Source: Chiloscyllium plagiosum
Lineage: Eukaryota
DNA length: 64,000 bases
Assembly (NCBI RefSeq): GCF_004010195.1
Contig: NC_057724.1
Location: 28,696,983 to 28,760,982 of the forward strand
Direction of reading: 5' to 3'
Both the position numbers and the translations under genes were made by a program. Of the stretch, positions 51,801-61,339 are shown one piece after another (position 1 is the first letter of the stretch; every line of letters starts with the position of its first letter). The notes under the pieces were generated by a model. That model had not been told where the DNA came from, searched no databases, and saw only the letters and a list, made by a program, of their open reading frames with translations.

Positions 51801-54800
51801 CTGTCCCTGTTTTGTCACTAGTCCCCAGATGTTAGTCAGGAGGACTTTACAGTGTTGACAGGGCTTTTCTTTCTTGTCTACTTTCTGGGTTGATGCCAGG
51901 TAGTCGTCTGGTTTTATTGAGACTTTGTGGAGATTGATTCAATTGAGTGGCTTGCTATGCAGTTTCAGAGGGCAATTGAACGCCAACTGCATTGCTGTGT
52001 GTCTGGAATCATGTAAGCCAGAGCAGATGAAGATGGCAGATTTCCTTCCCTGAATCAGGTAGATTTTTCCAATAATCGATATGGTTTCATTCAGACCTGC
52101 TGCATTTTGCCAGCAATTTCTGCTTTGCTGTGAACCCCTCATCCAGGTTACACTTGCCAATCGAATTTTCTCATTTATTTGTTGACTAAAGTCACCGATA
52201 TTGCCATCTTTTTATCAAAAGTTTTTTTGTAGGTAAGGGAGGTAATTTTGCTGGAATGAAAGCAGTATAGCTGGAAATCTGAAGCAAACACAGAATACTG
52301 GAGAAATTCAGCAGGACTGGGAGTTTGCGGAGAGAGAAACAGAGTTAATGTTTCAAGCCTAGTATGACTTCTTCAGAACTCTTCTGAGGAAGAGTCATGC
52401 CAGATTAAAAACATTAGCTCTGTTTCTGTCTTCACAGATGCTGCCAGACCTGCTGAGTTTCTCCAGTATTCTCTGAATCTTGCAGGAATAACTGTTTGGA
52501 AGATGTATTATTCTCAGGTTGATTTTGCACACTTCCTGACAAAAACAGCCTGTGCATCCTTTCTCTGGAGAAATCAGAACATGTTGAGGACATATTCTCA
52601 GTTAAAAATAGGTTACTATTTGTATTTTAATTTACCTGTCATGGTAGAATGGACCACAGAGCGGGTTTGAAAGTGTGTACAGTCTAGTTATATACATAAA
52701 TGGCACTTTGTGACAAAATATGGACTGTAATGAACATGAACAGCTAGTGTTCTTAGTACTGGTACTCAATTAGTATTGAATTATATACCCTTTTACTTTA
52801 AGTTACACTTCTTTTTAGGTGTATGTAGAACATGTGATGGGGCTATAAATATTTATGAATAGCATCAGTTGTGGTAGAGAGTTGAGTCCATGCCAGCAGC
52901 CTCTACGTGAGGTTGATTGGTGTCTGTAGGTGTTAATGTTGGGATAGTCAAGTCAATAGCTGAGTTAGTGTTTGCCTTTTCAGGCCTCTCTTACCTTGAG
53001 CAAATTTAGCTTTCTACCAATACAGCATTGGTAAATAGCAGTGGAAATGACTTGTCATATTTTAGTGCCCCACACAATTCCCCTAACAAAAGATTCTGCA
53101 AAATAAAGTCAGCAAGAAATAAGGGAAAATGTCTAAGTTGTGCAGGGACTTTGTGATATTAAGTTGCTTTGACTTAGCTGGTATTTCTATGGCCAATCCA
53201 ATTTATTTTTCCACTTTAAGGAATCGGTTCCATAACCAGTCCCTTTCAGGCCGCCTGTATTCGGATGGAATCAATCAAGCAAGGTATTCAAGGTGATTGG
53301 CATGTTTACTTGATGCATTTGTGTTAACATGCTGTGGTGTTAGTATCATTTTTCTTCTTTACACCTTTTATACTGTACAATGATTTTAATAAATCCTATG
53401 ATGGGGTGTTTAATATTTGCATCTATCGACTGTACTCAAATTGTACTGAAGTTATGGATTCCAATCAAATCAGCAAAGCTACTTTGGAGCATATGTGCAC
53501 TAAACCCTGAGTATATCATGTGCGATTGGGGAAGGAAGTAAAATTGTAATGCTCCACTTGCTTGAGAGCAAAAAGAAAGTGTTAAAAAGTAAGGTTATTT
53601 ACTAAAATTATCTGCAAACATAGCTTGTGAATGAGATATAAGAGGAGATTTGTACAAAAAAAAAATTCTTTTGTTCCCTTTCCCATTCCTGATCTTTTTT
53701 TTCTTGGTCTTCTGTTATGCTTTGTTTCTGTTTACAGTTTTCCAATTGGTTTTCTACGTTGTTCATCGTATTTCAGTTCTACATCTGAACTCGTATCTTC
53801 TTCTCTTTAAGCCTCAACTAACTCAAATCCTTCGCCCTTTCATATTATGGACAGAGTCTTCTGCTATCATGTCTTCACACCTTTTGGAATACTCTTGCAA
53901 CAATAGACCCAATATAAAAGTTGAAGTTCTAAATTGGAGAAAGGCCAATTTTGACGGTATTAGGCAAGATCTTTCAAAAGCTGATTGGGGGCAGATGTTC
54001 GCAGGTAAAGGGACGGCTGGAAAATGGGAAGCTTTCAGAAATGAGGTAATGAGAATCTAGAAAAAGTATATTCCTGTTAGGGTGAAAGGAAAGGCTGGTA
54101 GGTTTAGGGAATGCTGGGTAAAGAAGTTGAGGGTTTGGTTAAGAAAAAGAAGGAAGCATATGTCAGGTATAGACAGGATAGATTAAGTGAATCCTTAGAA
54201 GAGTATAAAGGCAGTAGGAGTATACTTAAGAGGGAAATCAGGAGTGCAAAAAGGGTACATGAGATAGCTTTGGCAAATAGAATTAAAGATAATCCAAAGA
54301 GTTTTTACAAATACATTAAAGACAAAAGGGTAACTAGGGAGACAATATGGCTCCTCAAAGATCAGCAAGGCGGCCTTTGTGTGGATCGGCAGAAAATGGG
54401 GGGAGATACTAAATGAGTATTTTGTATCATTATTTACTGTAGAAAAGGACATGGAAGATATAGAATGTAGGGAAATAGATGGTGACATCTTGCAAAATGT
54501 CCATATTACAGAGGAGGAAGTGCTGGATGTCTTGAAATGGGTAAAGGTGGATAAATCCCCAGGACCTGATCAGGTGTACCCCTCGAACGCTGTGGGAAGC
54601 TAGAGAACTGATTGCTGGATTTCTTGCTGAGATATTTGTATCATAAATAGTCATAGGTGAGGTGCCAGAAAACTGGAGGTTGGCAAACGTCGTGCCACTG
54701 TTTAAGAAGGGTGGTAAGGACAAGCCAAGGAACTATAGACCAGTGAGCATGACCTTGGTAGTGGGCAAGTTGCTGGAGGGAAATCTGAGGGACAGGATGT

Positions 54801-57800
54801 ACATGTATTTGGAAAGGCAAGGACTGATTAGGGATAGTCAACATGGCTTTGTGTGTGGGAAATCATGTCTCACAAACTTGATTGAATGTTTTGAAGAAAT
54901 AACAAAGAGGATTGATGAGGGCAGAGCGGTAGATGTGATCTATATGGACTTCAGTAAGGTGTTCGATAAGGTTCCCCATGGGAGACTGGTTAGCAAGGTT
55001 AGATCACATGGAATATAGAGAGAACTAGCCATTTGGATACAGAACTGTTTCAAAGGTAGAAGACCGTGGGTGGTAATGGAGGGTTATTTTTCAGAATGGA
55101 GGCCTGTGACCAGTGGAATGCCACAAGGATCGGTGCTGGGTCTACTGCCTTTCATCATTTATATAAATGATTTGGATGCGGGCATAAGAAGTATGGTTAG
55201 TAAGTTTGCAGATGACACCAAAATTGGAGGTGTAGTGGACAGCGAAAAAGGTTACCTCAGAATACAACAGGATCTGGACCAGATGGGCCAATGGACTGAG
55301 AAGTGGCAGATGGAGTTTAATTCAGATAAATGTGAGGTGATGCATTTTGGGAAAGCAAATCTTAGCAGGACTTATATACCTTAATGGTAAGGTGCTAAGG
55401 AGTGTTGCTGAACAAAGAGACGTTGGAGTGCAGGTTCATAGCTGCTTGAAAGTGGAGTTGCAGGTAGATAGGATAGTGAAGAAGGCGTTTGGTATGCTTT
55501 CCTTTATTGGTCAGAGTACTGAGTACAGGACTTGGAAGGTCATGTTGCGGCTGTATAGGACATTGGTTAGGCCACTGTTGGAATATTGCGTGCAATTCTG
55601 GTCTCCTTCCTATCAGAAAGATGTTGTAAAACTTGAAAGGATTCAGAAGGTATTTACAATGATGTTGCCAGGGTTGGAGGATTTGAGCTATAGGGAGAGG
55701 CTGGGGCTGTTTTCCCTGGAGCGTCGGAGGCTGAGGGGTGACCTTATAGAGGTTGACAAAATTATGAGGGGCATAAATAGACAAAGTCTTTTCCCTGGGG
55801 GGGGGGGGGGGGGAGTCCAGAACTAGAGGGCATAGGTTTAGGGTGAGAGAGGAAAGGTATAAAAAAGACCTAAGGGGCAACTTTTTCACGCAGAGGGTGG
55901 TATGTGTATGGAATAAGTTGCTAGAGGAAGTGGTGGAGGCTGGTACAATTGCAACATTTAAGAGGCATTTGGATGGGTATATGAATCGGAAGGGCTTGGA
56001 GGGATGTGGGCCAGGTGCTGGCAGGTGGGACTAGATTGGGTTTGGATATCTGGTCAGCATGGCTGGGTTGGACCTAAGGGTCTGTTTCCATGCTGTACAT
56101 CTTTATGACTCTAAGTCTTGCTAACTCTTTCCCAATCTCAAAATCTCCTTGCTTGGTCGTGTTTGTACTCCATGAAATTGCATTTTCTCCCTTGAATCCT
56201 GATGTACTTTTCGATCTTTCATGAAATTAATATGTCGTATAGTTACACATTGTATTCATGAATACCATTCATTGTATTGCCAAATTTACCAATAAGAATA
56301 TAAAAATCTCAAAGGAATTTGGACCGCTTGAACTGGAGTACATCATAATAAATCTAATTTAAAAGAAGCAAAGGATATAGTTTCATGTGCATAGAAGGGA
56401 CGCATATTTATTATTAAAATACCAATTAATGGAAAAAAAGATAATTGGCCATACATTGAAGTTTCCAATTCATAAGTGTTGCCAGAGAGGCAATTTCAGT
56501 ATCTGTTAAGCATTTCAAGGACAATAATTGAATAGTCCTACACCTACACCTATAATAAATAATCTAAATGTCAATAGTTTATTTTTAAAAATCTACTTTG
56601 TTATGTTTATGTGCAAATGGGTCCCTTTTCATTGTGCTTGTGGAATTTTCTGCAAACTTGATTTTACAAAGTTTGGTAAAATCCATACTACTGACAGATG
56701 ACCAACTTCTATTCAGGTGGATTTTTTTGGCAAGTTAAAAAAGGAATGATGTACACTTGAATAATAAATATTTAGTTTGTATACTGATGTACCAGTCTTT
56801 CAAAGAGCTGTCAAGGTGTTGCAGAAGAGGCTGCTAAATAAGATAAGACCTGATGATGTTAGGAACAAGGTGATGGCATGGATAAAGAAGGCTGAAAGTG
56901 TGGATAAAGGGGTCTTTTCCAGAATGGTAGCTGGTGACTACTAGATTCCTGCAGGGGTCAGTGTTGGGGCCACAACTATTCACATTATACATGAACAATT
57001 GGAATGAAGAAACTGAGGACATTATTGCTAAGTTTGCAGAAAACACAAAGACTGAGGGACAGGTGGTGTTGAGGAGGTGGGTTGGTGCAAAAGGATTTGG
57101 ATAGGCTAGGAGATTGGGCGAAGAAGTAGCAAATGGAATATAATGTGGGATGGTTTGAGGTTATACAATTTGGTAGGATTAATAGAGGCATAGAGTATTT
57201 TTTAAATGGAGAAAGACTTTAGAAATCTGAAGTATAAAGGAACTTAGTGCTAGTTCAGGATTCTCAAGGTTAATATGCAGGTCTAGGCAATTAGGAGGCA
57301 AATGCAATGGTAGCATTCATTTTGAGATAGCTAGAATGCAAGAGGGATGTAATGCTGAAGCTGTATAAGGCTTTAGTCAGATTACATTTGGAATATTGAG
57401 AGCAGTTTTGGGCCCTGTATCTAAAGAACAATGCCCTGGCCTGGAAGGGGTCCAGAGGAGATTTACAAGAATGATCCTGTGGATGAAAGGCTTGTCTTAC
57501 GAGGAGCAGTTGAAGACTCTGGGTTTGTACTGGATGGAGTTTAGAAGGATGAATGGGATCTCGTGGAAACTTAGAGAATATTGAGAGCCATGGATAGATT
57601 GGACATGGAGAATGTGTTTCTGCTAGACCGGGACCCAAAGGTACAGCTTCAGAGTGAAGGGATAACCCTTTAGAACTGAGATGAGGAATTTCTTCAACCA
57701 GAGGATGGTGAATCTGTGGAATTCATTACCACAGAAGACTGTGGAGACTTGATGACATAGATAGGGTCTTGATTAGTTGGGGGATCAAAGGTTACAGGGC

Positions 57801-60800
57801 AAAGGCAGGAGAATTGGGTTAAGAAACAGAGCAGAGTCAAGATTAGAGTGGTGCTGGAAAAACACAGCAGATCAGGCAGCATCCAAGGAGCAGAAAATTG
57901 ACATTTCTGGCAAAAACCCTTCGTCAGGAATGAGGCCTGATGAAGGGCTTTTGCCCGAAACATAGATTTTCCTGCTCCTCGGATGCTGCCTAACGTGAGC
58001 TTTTCCAGCACCACTCTATTCTTGACTCTGATCTCCAGCATCTGCAGTCCTCATTTTCACCTAAGAAACAGATCAGCCATGATCAAGTGGGAGGGCAGAC
58101 TCAATGGACTGAATAGACTAATTCTACTCCTATATATTACTGTCTATTATTATGGCTCTCAACTATACATTTGGAGGAGGAAGAGGAGAGACCAGTTTAT
58201 CAAATGCTGAGCTGTTTTTTTAGTTTCAAGGAAGTGAATGAATGGTGATTCAGTGCGTCTGTTACTGCAGAATGCGTTTTCACTGAATGAGCTTCAATAC
58301 ATTAGTCCTTGTCATGATTGTATTAAGATACCTCTCTACAATAAAAGACTTGCATTTATATATGACTGCATGTATTCTTTGAGACATCAGAAAGCTCTTC
58401 TCAGGAAATTTATATTTAAAGTATAATTACTGCTGGATTGATATTCCTCTATCTTTGTGGGATTTCAAAACTAGAAAAAAGATTGATTGTTACAACATGA
58501 TAACAAGAAGTTGTACATTCCAGGATTTCTTAGCTTCTTAGAGCAGTTCCCATGAATTAGAAGGTAGCAAACATTAGAAGGAAGCCTATTATTTAAGAAA
58601 GGAGGGAAAGGCAAAACTAGCAATTACAGACCAGTTAGTCTATCGTTTATCTCGGCAAAATGCTAAAATTTATAATTAGCAATGTGGTAACAGGCACTTA
58701 GAAAATCATGCCATGGTTAAGCAAAGCCAACGTTTGTGGTTTATTAAGGGAAAATGTGTTTGCTAAATCTGAGTTTTTGAGGATATTAGATGATTAAGAA
58801 GGGACCAGTAGTTGTAATACTGTAATATGTTTGGAATGTACTACAGGAGATTGTTGCAGAAAATTAGAACTTATAGGGGTGGGGTGGGGTGGGGGGTTAG
58901 GTATTGGCAGAGATTGAAGACTTGTTAATGGACAGAAGAATGAGTAGGAATAAACATGTACTTTTGGATTGTCATATTGTAACTAGTGATATACTTCAAG
59001 GATCAGTACTTGAGATTCAGCTTTTTACAATTCATCTTTGTGATCTAAATGAAGGACTGACAAAATATTAAAGTTTGTTAATAGGAAAGTAAATGCTGAG
59101 GATGATGCAGAGAAACTACGTAAGAATAGAAACTGGTTGGATGGGTGGACATGAACGTTGAATGCAATATGGTGAAGTTATCCGCTTTAGTGAAAAAAGT
59201 TTAAAAGTAGAATATTTTTGGTGAAAAACTGGGCAAAGTTAGCGAATTAGAGAGCCCTGGGTGTCCTTGTAAGTGTATCATAAAGTTAATATGCTATTGC
59301 AGCAAGCTGTTATGAAGGCAAATGGTATGTTATCTTTTGTTTGGTGCATAACAGCAAAGACATTTTACTCCCATTGTACAGGGAACTCATGAGGATGTGC
59401 AAGGAATGCTTTACCTCATGAATAACATACTTGACCAAGGCTGAGTATAACAAAGATTTGCCAAAGTGGTTCTAGCGGTAAGTGACTGGCTGTTGAGCAG
59501 ATAATGAGTAGATTAGGTCTTTATTACTTAGACTTTAGAAGATCGGATTGAAAAATGCACAATTCTTTTGGGACTTTACCGTGTTGATGCTGAGAAAATG
59601 TGTATCCTAAATGGAAGTATGGCTCCTGTCGGAGAATAAGGAATCAACCATTAAAGAGATGAAGAGGAATGTTTTCACTGAGTGCTGCAGAGACTGGTAG
59701 ATATTGATGGTGTTCAAGACTGACATTAATTTTTTTGTGTGTGTTTTAAAGAATGTGGGAACAGCGCAGGAAGGTAGATTTCAGGTGGAAGATCAGCCGT
59801 GATCTTGTTGAATGACATAGCAGGCTTGGAAGGCAAAACAACCTGCTCCTCCTAATTCTTACATTCTTACAGTACCCTTTAATGTATGGAACCATCTCAG
59901 GATGCTTTACAGATACAATTTCAGAAAAAAGATTGGGAGGCGTGATCCAGAACTAGGTCAAAGAAATGAATTTTGAGGAGATGTTTAAGGAGTAGAGTGT
60001 GGTACCTGGATGGAAATTGACATTGTTAAGTGTGGGACAAAGAAAATGAAGCATGCACAAAGTCAGATTCATAAGAGTGGAGAGTTCATGGGGATATGTT
60101 TGGTTGTCTGGCTGGAAGAGGTTGGAGATGATTTAAAGTAAAGCTATGAAGGCAGTTTAGCATGTTGATTATTGGAATTTAAAATTTCTTCCTGGTGACA
60201 GGGTGTCAATGCAGACCAACAAGGATGAGGATAATGGATGAGTGAAATGGCATTGGTTATGATATGGTTAGTAGAGTTTAATTGATCCGGTTTATGGATG
60301 GTAGATTTTTTTGTAGAATTAAGGAGTCTGCGCTAGCTGATAAAGCTTTTCCTAGTGATTAACATTTTGCCATAAATCTGAAAGTTGAAGTTTGACAAGG
60401 TCTGTTCTGCATAATAATTGTATTTCAGAAATTGGGGAGTGCTTTCCTAAAACCACAATTGGAAATGAACAAAGTTTGTTTGCCTTCTAATTTTCCAGCA
60501 TTACCCATGACTACACAGTGCCTGAGGGAGTCCTTGAAAATTTCAGTGTCATGGAAATTGTAACACTCCGGCGTCAGGTAAAAAGTTTTGACCAGCAACA
60601 TTTATGTGTATAGTATAATAAATGTGACGATTAGACTGTTGCAGGAACAGGAACTTTCCTGGAGTTGGGATTTAGTTTTATTTTCAGGGCTGTGTGTATC
60701 CTTATCTGGAAAATGTTTTCCAAACACAACATGAAGAATGGGTGTTGGACAATTTGTCCAAAATCTTAGACTGCAAAGCAACTTCAGACGCTCAGTAAAA

Positions 60801-61076
60801 TAATTTTAACACTAGATTGTCCTCCTAGTTTGTAGAGATCCAATTTAAATCCGTGGGAAAGGGGAAGAAAACAATGATTTGTTGTTTTTATTTTGGTGTT
60901 GAACTCCTTCATTGTGCAATAGGGTTAACCTTTCTCTCTTTCAGCTGAACAAGTTGAATCGGCGCCTACAATTATTGGAACAGGAAAGTCGGGACCATGC
61001 TCGAAAGGAATTTGTACTCTATTCCATCATCATAGCAGCTTGTTTTGTCAACAGTTGGCTCTGGTTGAGGAAGTAG
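33683..61076 (+). CDS. Mitochondrial fission factor (MFF)/FATE1-family gene, 7 coding exons, 296 aa; syntenic position of FATE1
   Basis: Exons of 214+158+89+156+63+79+132 = 891 nt, all GT-AG, compatible phases (1,0,2,2,2,0), no internal stop. MFF hallmarks: MRIPNRLKV and MQIPERISMG repeats, RSRALSEN, LRRQ|LNKLNRRLQLLE coiled coil, tail anchor ending NSWLWLRK*. Confidence 0.9.
35446..37935 (-). mobile_element. Antisense CR1 LINE (35446-36515 and 37809-37935) split by a younger copy
   Basis: Minus-strand LYRTLVRPLLEYCVQF, RGNVFTQRVVQMWNEL; the QHxF/KSC junction is broken at about 36514 and resumes at about 37809 (GNYRLVSLTSVVG). Confidence 0.8.
36516..37808 (+). mobile_element. Young 5'-truncated CR1/HER1 LINE
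   Basis: 259-aa open RT fragment with GVPQGS and KFADD; intact 3' UTR and ctatgactatga tail. Confidence 0.93.
38720..38990. repeat. Degenerate (CA)/(CT) low-complexity tract
   Basis: Directly visible; explains the spurious His/Thr/Leu-rich ORFs. Confidence 0.75.
39480..40570 (+). mobile_element. Old L2/CR1-group LINE RT 3' fragment
   Basis: LVALDIEAPFD-like (KAFD) motif at about 39580, and MECAPLALMNATILKKLDTIQDKAACVIG. Confidence 0.6.
40925..41082 (+). CDS. MFF/FATE1-like coding exon 2
   Basis: Acceptor cctttctctttag, open frame ETEMQDIGARPYLYGWFHNNPSITDPPPLSISPNLIFGPSHALNMDRPESPVQ, donor CAG|GTGTGT; phase 1 to 0 fits its neighbours. Confidence 0.78.
41220..41710 (-). mobile_element. Deu-domain SINE (SacSINE1/AmnSINE-like) with an embedded Penelope pLTR piece (about 41380-41452)
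   Basis: ttgcattt...cccaaagc...ttgaggga...gaatagtaccatgggatc, reverse complement of the recalled Deu core; parallels 44130-44480. Confidence 0.55.
42160..42248 (+). CDS. MFF/FATE1-like coding exon 3 (RxRxxSEN motif)
   Basis: Acceptor ttattttattgcag, TATTQHSSRSRALSENEICLSSVSRRQRN, donor GTAAGT; phase 0 to 2; resembles the MFF RERSMSEN exon. Confidence 0.82.
44130..44745 (-). mobile_element. Deu-domain SINE interrupted by a CR1 3' end (about 44497-44685, minus)
   Basis: ttgaggaattaatattggccaggacacc...gtctcatctgaaa...gcactccctcagta is the reverse complement of the recalled Deu domain; tRNA-like head remnant accaactaagccac at about 44720. Confidence 0.65.
45244..45399 (+). CDS. MFF/FATE1-like coding exon 4 (symmetric 156-nt cassette)
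   Basis: Acceptor ccattctatag, open only in phase 2: ADHSSGPKHPFPSPGPGQASFSIHNVCNVLIYVGQKLSEYLMEAVNQKMQR; donor AG|GTGATT. Confidence 0.75.
46676..46882. mobile_element. Palindromic Penelope pLTR-derived miniature element (degenerate)
   Basis: gctggagaaactcagcaagtctg ... cagacttgctgggcttctccagc inverted arms; gaaacattaact hammerhead 3' remnant. Confidence 0.65.
47374..49082 (+). mobile_element. Penelope-like retroelement (Poseidon-type): inverted pseudo-LTR, 5'-truncated RT, GIY-YIG endonuclease, pseudo-LTR; 13-bp TSD
   Basis: VSFDVTALFTSI, GTPMGSPIS, WVRYVDDTF, NVVYKIPCKDCTKHYIGQTGRQLTIRIHEH. 47374-47629 is largely the reverse complement of 48823-49082. ACTGTATTTGCAT at 47361-47373 and 49083-49095. 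Stop and frameshifts present. Confidence 0.95.
47448..47489 (-). ncRNA. Minimal type I hammerhead ribozyme motif in the Penelope pseudo-LTR
   Basis: Minus strand GCA-CUGAGGA-U-GUCaCCU(AGAC)AGGgGAC-GAAA-CGUC-UGC: complete core, stem II, palindromic ACGU stem III, GUC cleavage triplet, 3-bp stem I. Confidence 0.75.
50190..50312 (-). mobile_element. Penelope pLTR fragment with truncated hammerhead
   Basis: aactgcgggtgctggaaatcagaaac...ctggcagcgtct...ggtccagtgattcttcttcagaa. Confidence 0.65.
50313..51935 (-). mobile_element. L2/CR1-group LINE fragment with APE endonuclease and RT N-terminus
   Basis: LWVGDFNVHH, REPIRGKNILDLILT, SDH (APE motifs) and MGPDNIP...PTTWKIG (RT start); frameshifted. 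Confidence 0.8.
52258..52475. mobile_element. Palindromic twin-hammerhead pLTR miniature element with degenerate 14-bp TSD
   Basis: Inverted arms centred near 52380 (cttcagaact|cttctgagga); flanks aattttgctggaat (52244-52257) and aatcttgcaggaat (52476-52489), 12/14 match. Confidence 0.75.
53221..53283 (+). CDS. MFF/FATE1-like coding exon 5 (symmetric 63-nt cassette)
   Basis: Acceptor tttttccactttaag, NRFHNQSLSGRLYSDGINQA, donor AAG|GTATTC; CpG-containing island in an AT-rich intron; phase 2-2. Confidence 0.68.
53905..56113 (+). mobile_element. Young CR1/HER1 LINE, longest copy (about 2.2 kb), frameshifted
   Basis: NWRKANFDGIR, DKSPGPDQ, YMDFSKVFDKVPH, PQGS, KFADD, 3' UTR and atgactcta tail; poly-G expansion at about 55797-55813. 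Confidence 0.95.
56835..58145 (+). mobile_element. Older CR1 LINE 3' half, split by a palindromic insert
   Basis: cctgcaggggtcagtgttggggcc (PQGSVLG), aagtttgcaga (KFA), LEGVQRRFTRMI, 3' UTR atcagccatgatc. Confidence 0.8.
57831..58061. mobile_element. Palindromic twin-hammerhead pLTR miniature element with perfect 11-bp TSD
   Basis: TAAGAAACAGA at 57820-57830 and 58062-58072; arms cagagtcaagattagagtggtgctggaaaa / ttttccagcaccactctattcttgactctg; CTGATGAagggcttttgcccGAAA at 57937-57960 and its inverted partner at 57904-57927. Confidence 0.85.
58440..59870 (+). mobile_element. Very old CR1 LINE RT fragment
   Basis: tttaagaaaggaggg...aattacagaccagttagtct (FKKG..NYRPVSL), cttcaaggatcagtactt (QGSVL), CR1 3' UTR gatcagccgtgatc. 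Confidence 0.7.
60499..60577 (+). CDS. MFF/FATE1-like coding exon 6
   Basis: Branch-point-like ttctaat plus tttccag acceptor, ITHDYTVPEGVLENFSVMEIVTLRRQ, donor CAG|GTAAAA; ends in LRRQ like MFF. Confidence 0.88.
60945..61076 (+). CDS. MFF/FATE1-like last coding exon (coiled coil plus C-terminal tail anchor)
   Basis: Acceptor tttctctctttcag; LNKLNRRLQLLEQESRDHARKEFVLYSIIIAACFVNSWLWLRK then TAG at 61074-61076; compare MFF IIKLNRRLQLLEEENKERAKREMVMYSITVAFWLLNSWLWFRR (recalled). Confidence 0.93.
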   Translation: MNKLNRRLQLLEQESRDHARKEFVLYSIIIAACFVNSWLWLRK

Positions 61077-61339
61077 GTTCATTCTAACTGCATTTGTAGA
61101 GTTGGAGAAGAGTGCTACGAACTGACAGACAGGACATCTTCTGAATGCAGCAAGACGGAGTATTGGTTTCACTTGTGAAGCAATCTGTACTATCACTGAA
61201 ATACAAAGATGACTTTCAAACAGTTTACTGACATCTTTTTAATAGCATTGCGATGTAGGTTTAGGCAAGTCGTACTGCAAGTGTTACAGTGTAATGCATT
61301 CAAAACCTAATTGATTAGTTTAAAATTAACTAACAACTT

